44,273 bases of DNA from Conidiobolus incongruus B7586 (Eukaryota), in assembly GCA_000697335.1 (NCBI GenBank), contig JNEM01012461.1, positions 1-44,273 on the forward strand. Direction: 5' to 3'. The translations under genes were made by a program, and so were the position numbers. The notes under the pieces were generated by a model that saw only the letters and a program-made list of their open reading frames with translations, was not told where the DNA came from and did no database searches. Positions 38,699-44,273 of this stretch are shown piece by piece (the stretch's first letter is position 1; every line of letters starts with the position of its first letter).

Positions 38699-41510
38699 AT
38701 ATAAGCAAATGAGTATTGAATGGTTTGATCTTGACTTCCAATCTCAACAATAGCATCAGCTGCAGTATTCACAGGAATCCAAGTGACAGTAGAGTCTAAT
38801 ATATCAGGGCACATCTTCATAACTTGGATCCTTTTGACTAACAATGGGGAATATTCAGTAATGTTCCAAGCTCCATTTATAGTATCCCCTGAGATCTGAC
38901 CAACACGATGGATGTGTAAAGGAACATCATATTGTTGAGACCATACTTGAGCAACAGTTTCGGTGACTAGTTTAGAAAGGTTGTAACCGTTGCAAGTGGC
39001 AACATTAACAAGTTTGGTACTGAGTTTACTTTCAGGGATGACTTCAATATCATGTGGAGTAGTTGGGAAAGTAGCTCCAATAGTCGATACCAGATTATAA
39101 ATTACTTTTCTTTGAGATAAGACTGAGAGCTTCATGAGGTTCTTGGAAGCAACAATACAACCATTAAAAGCGTCTAAACCCTTCAAAAAGTTCATTGTCC
39201 ATCCAACATGGTGGACATGAGTCAGATTAGAAAGAAGTGAATCATAAGTTTCTTTGGTAAGGCCCAATTGATCTTCATGCAATCTGACCGCAAGTGGAAC
39301 AATTTTACTGGCATGATCTGGTTTGATTGAAATGAAACGTTGTGAAAAGCTACTTTCAAGCTTCTTCTTGGCTTCATTATCGTCTTTAGCTCTGATCATA
39401 GCATACACTTTCGATACCTTATATTGTTGAACCAAGTTCTTAATCATAAATGATCCCAATGAACCATTAGCACCAGTGATGGCAATGTGGAAAACATCAG
39501 TAGGAAGTGATTTGGCTTGAGGTTTTTTGAGTCCTAAATCAGAGTATCTAGCAATGTATTCGTCAACTTGTTGTTGATACACTTGTAAAGATTTAGTCAT
39601 GGGTTGCACTCCTTGTTTAAACTTTTCAACAAAAGTAACCAATTTCTCAACAGTATCATTGTCATAAATATCAGTTACTTTGAGTTCCAAATTGGATATT
39701 CTTGATTTCAGAAGATTTCTGAATCTCATTGCTGACAATGAGTCCATTCCATTGTTGAAGAAGCTATCACTGTTACCAATGACTTTATCGATGCTAGATC
39801 TTAAACAAGATTCAATAAGGGATTGGATACTACCACCTTGAACAGAAGTATTACTGTTGTAATCACGAGATTCATCACTAACATAACCAGATTCCATTTT
39901 CTCCACAACTTTTTTCACTTCATCTTCAAACATCTTTGCACATTTGGCTCTCATCAAATTACCTTTCATTGTGATTGGTAATTTCTTTTCGGAATTCATA
40001 GGCAAATAGTAAATCATTTCTTCATAAATTCGAGAGTGTGAAGGAGCAGATTCGTTAGCAGATTTAACAAATGCCTTAATGGATGAAATGACAGTTGGTA
40101 AGGAAGCTGATAGAACTTCATTAACATCCAATTGAACCAAAAGAGTATTCATTTGTTGACCAGTTCCTAGAATAGCACATCTATCTACAAATGGACAGCG
40201 ATTGATCATATCTTCCATTGGGATTGGATTGGTTTTTTCGCCATTTACATGGATAATGGTATCATCAGATCTTGAAAGATAATTCAATAAGAGAGGATTT
40301 TGACTGATGACTTGGAATAAGTCCTTGGTAGGATAGTTTCCTTCTTCATCTCTATCTTGAACACATGCAAGGCAAGGATCATCTTTCAGAACCACTAACT
40401 CTACTATGTTATCTCCCCAATATTTAAATTTATATTGTAAACCTTCGGCAGGGGTCAAAGGGATCAAATATTCGCTATTCTTATCTGGTATGCATCTCAT
40501 TAACATACCACATTCAGTAGATCCAAATAGTGAAAAAGGAGTGATTCCATTATCAAATAAAGCTTGAATCATAAGTTTAGGAAGCTGGGCACCACCATAT
40601 CTAATAAATTCAACAGGCTTCAGAATGTTCCATCCTTCGGATTGAGGTACATGATCACAGTATTCAATAAGTTCTTTGGCCATCAGAGGTAAAATTAATA
40701 GAACTTTAGGAGACAACTGTTGAACCAAATCTAATATCATCTTAGATGAAAAATGGCTTCCTGGACTCATATCTGGAGATAGAATCATAGTTTTCATTTG
40801 ATATATATCTGCAATTATCAAACTTAAAATCCCTGCAGCGTGAAATAATGGAAAAAAGCATAATTCTTTGCGGTCTAAAGGTAATCTTTCTAGACTTGTT
40901 CTGTGTCCAGAGTTGAAACATACTCGATTTAATTGAGGAACCAATTTTGGATATGAAGTAGAGCCAGATGAATGAAGCGTGTAAGCAACATTTTGTAGTT
41001 CCTTTTCTTGAGATTCAAGAGGAATCAAGAGCTGATATTCAGAAAGAAAAAGGTACTGTGGGAATTCAGCAATCCATTTGGGAGCCAATACCAAGTCTGG
41101 GATCTCCTTTTGGATTCCTTGAACCTTATCTTCAAAATAATCTTGATAAATGAGAGCTCGAGAATTAGATTCTTTTAAAAGATGGATGGTGGCTTCAAGA
41201 GAGTTACGAGGTGACAAGAGTACAGGAGCAACATTTATGCTCATTAAACCCATCATATTCCATAAATAATGAGAATCGGAATAGGATAATAGACCAACAT
41301 TTCTACCATTTGAAAAGTTGATTTGATTCAACTTTTCATAAAAATATTTAGCAGAGGTAGATGTAATATAATAGAATTGCTCATAGCTAATATCGATGTA
41401 CTTTCCATTGGGGTTAATAGAAATCGCGGGATGCTGTATATTTTGTCCTGGGATAACGTTATCTTCAACCAAGTCCAAAAATCGTCCAGTAGATGTATTA
41501 CAAATTTCAT
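38425..41510 (-). pseudogene. NRPS-like adenylation-thiolation-reductase (A-T-R, carboxylic-acid-reductase-like) gene; 5' frameshift and 3' truncation by mariner, so probably non-functional
   Basis: A domain motifs YTLHSSGSTSYPK, FGSTECG, TKDLF, RSDDTIIHVNGEKTNP and PITMKG; T domain FFNNGMDSL; R domain ITGANGSLG, GYNLSK and HRVGQISGD. The ATG homologous to the paralog (41510) is out of frame, and sequence below ~38699 is mariner DNA. Confidence 0.85.
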
Positions 41511-43815
41511 ATTTTTTTAAATTCTAAGCGTTAATGTTGATATTAAACCAATCTCAGTCTTTTACTAATGATTACTTTCACTAGAAATGTTCATCATTTA
41601 CGGCTTATGAAATCAGAAGTTTAATTTAACTTTATCCGATAATCCCGACTAAATATATTATCCATACCTTTGACAAGCTTCAATATTATTCAGATTAATA
41701 TTAAACATGCTGAGAATAAAGTAATTTTAACTAATAAGTAAAAATTTTTTATTAACTCATACTTTTAAATAGCACTGTAAACAATTAATCAATTTATTTA
41801 AATTAATTTAGATTTTTCAATAAAATCATGGCCCATTTTTTGAAATATGAGAAATTTATTATTTTCTCTTTATGGATATTTTTAAGGTTCTATTAAATAT
41901 TTTTCATCAAAACTTGATAATCAAATAATTAAGAAATTTAGTTAAAAAATTGAATTTTTAAGTAATCAGATTCAATGGACTATTTAGAATAGATCATTTA
42001 ATATATTTAACAAATATATAATAACAATTGGATTCAAATAATTGTCTTAAAATTAATGATGATTATTACTATATTAATGGGAGGATGACGATTGTTAATA
42101 TATTTTGTATCATGAAATATAATGTTCGGATATTGAGAGTATATAAATTATAAGATATTAGGGATTGGTATTATTTAATTATGAATTGCTATATCTCATT
42201 TGCCATTAATATCATTATTCAATTTAATTCTCGTATAAACGAATTAACCTGATATTTTAGTATTACTTTTTAAAATCGTTTTAATTTCAAGTAAATAATC
42301 ACAATCAATATTTATTATTTCAATACTTTTATCTGGATCACCAAAATTTCAAAAAATTCTATTCAATCAGCTCATTTATTGATATGTATATAACTATCAA
42401 TATGTATTATATAAGTGGTTTGAAAAAGGATTATATTGTTTTCACTTCAAACTAAACCAAATTCTAAAGGTTAATCAGTGTACAGTATTTGAGATTGAAT
42501 AATAATCTGGTGAATCTGGCGGATGATTTGATTTGCCTTTTATCTATTCATATATAAGAGTTATTAATTAGGCTAATTTATAATCTATAGATTTAATTAA
42601 TATGATCTATGATCTCCATTAAACTTCTGAAACCAAATGAATTTCAAATAATTATTTAATGATCTTAACAGTAAATACCACAATACCCATAAATAGTCAA
42701 TAAATTATTTTATCCACCGAATTTTGACGAAAGAGTGGTGCTAAGAATAAATGCATCAATTTTTAATTATACTAAAACTCGGTAAAATACAATCGAAATA
42801 AATTGTCTTCAATATACAATTCAAAAACAAAGCTGAAATAAATGCGTTGTACAATTAATTATTATGAATGTTATCTGTATTAATGTATAGATATTAAATG
42901 ATGAAATGTATGAGAAATTGGGAATAAAAAAATAAAAACATTTTAATCGCAAAGAAAATATCCGGAACATGAATTTATAATTTTTATAATCTATCGTAAA
43001 ATCAATTAATAATTAAGGGATGAGATCTTGAACAAGATTAAAATATTAAATGGTTGTTTTCATATATTAAAATTTAGGATTGTTATTTGAAAGACATTAA
43101 AAACATTTTATATAATGTATTTTTGATCAGCAGTTCTTTAAATTTTAATTAATCATGTTTTATTTATTTTTATAATTATTAATTTTATATTTAAATGTCA
43201 ATTTTTAATTTTTCCTTGATTATGAGGAAAAAGATAAAATCAAATAATTTTTTATTCACATTTGAAAAAATTAAATTTTATGAATTACTGATTTTAATAT
43301 ACTGAATTAAATATAAAAAAGTGGTATTATAATGAAAATTGGTCAATTTAGCTTCTAAATCAATATAAAACAATTGGTATATATTATATAAGTAATATCA
43401 ACACACAATACCTTATACAATGATTAATGACCCTATTTTTGATGTTAAATTTATATTTTACTGATAATATAATCTTATAACAAGCGTAAACTTTATTTAA
43501 AAGAAAAAAGTGTTTTATAATAGTGTATGATATAAAATATCCCGAAAATTGTAACTTCGATAGGTTTACTATTGAGTTGAAGTAAAAGTTGGTGTTTTAC
43601 AATTTTGATGATAATTTGTTTAATTTTAAAATATTTCTAATATAAGTTGACGGTTATTAATTTAACCGAATAATACTTTGAAATTTAATTCAGTGACTTC
43701 TTAATCCAAAGTTAATATGTATTAAGATAAAAGAATAAGTAAATTGATTAGTATAAAAGACCTTCAAAGTTTTATATTGCTAATCAGAACAATTTAAATA
43801 TACAATAATACAAAT

Positions 43816-44273
43816 ATGACATCTATCAAATTTTCATCTACTGGACGATTTGTGGACTTGCTTAAAGAGAACGTTATCCCAGGACAAAATATACAGCATC
43901 CCGCGATTTCTATTAACCTCAATGGAAAGTACATCGATGTTAGCTATGAGCAATTCTATTATATTACATCTACCTCTGCTAAATATTTTTATGAAAAGTT
44001 GAATCAAATCAACTTTTCAAATGGTAGAAATGTTGGTCTATTATCCTATTCCGATTCTCATTATTTATGGAATATGATGGGTTTAATGAGCATAAATGTT
44101 GCTCCTGTACTCTTGTCACCTCGTAACTCTCTTGAAGCCACCATCCATCTTTTAAAAGAATCTAATTCTCGAGCTCTCATTTATCAAGATTATTTTGAAG
44201 ATAAGGTTCAAGAAATCCAAAAGGAGATCCCAGACTTGGTATTGGTTCCCAAATGGATTGCTGAATTCCCACA
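43816..44273 (+). CDS. 5' part of a second NRPS-like A-T-R gene (runs off the window; absent from the ORF track)
   Basis: Open frame MTSIKFSSTGRFVDLLKENVIPGQNIQHPAISIN...KWIAEFP. Positions 43870-44273 are the reverse complement of 41057-41460 with only 4 mismatches. Confidence 0.9.
   Translation, partial: MTSIKFSSTGRFVDLLKENVIPGQNIQHPAISINLNGKYIDVSYEQFYYITSTSAKYFYEKLNQINFSNGRNVGLLSYSDSHYLWNMMGLMSINVAPVLLSPRNSLEATIHLLKESNSRALIYQDYFEDKVQEIQKEIPDLVLVPKWIAEFP

Noticed and set aside
41511..41600. Upstream mini-exon (ATGATGAAC...) and intron that might rescue the frameshifted NRPS-like start
   Set aside because: The acceptor (..attaacgcttag) needs phase 0, but the available GT donors are phase 1 or 2. 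It would work only with a homopolymer error in the A7 run; RNA-seq could revisit this.
1..44273. CRISPR arrays, rRNA or prokaryotic operon features
   Set aside because: None seen; spliceosomal introns, TAF7 and a Pol III-type tRNA show a eukaryotic nuclear locus.

Overview
Very AT-rich eukaryotic DNA with short (47-59 nt) GT-AG introns. It looks fungal, most likely an early-diverging, non-Dikarya lineage (Zoopagomycota-like; this is an inference from composition, intron style and gene content). A compact housekeeping island at 13.5-20.8 kb holds a peroxisomal ACAD10/11-type acyl-CoA dehydrogenase, VIP1/PPIP5K, tRNA-Ala(AGC) and TAF7. The accessory DNA around it holds: (1) four full-length (~1.2-1.3 kb) DD34D mariner copies whose conserved motifs were destroyed mostly by independent C>T/G>A changes, which is RIP-like; (2) at least eight members (5 intact, 3 pseudogenes) of an intronless ~180-200 aa family with a possible tubby-C/LURP-one-like fold; (3) an uneroded solo LTR; (4) a head-to-head pair of A-T-R NRPS-like reductase genes. 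One of that pair is frameshifted at its start, 99% identical to its partner over 404 nt, and truncated by and fused in frame to a mariner. The best candidate for an undescribed system is a repeat-targeted cytosine hypermutation process that wrecks the DNA transposons while sparing the LTR and the near-identical gene duplicate.
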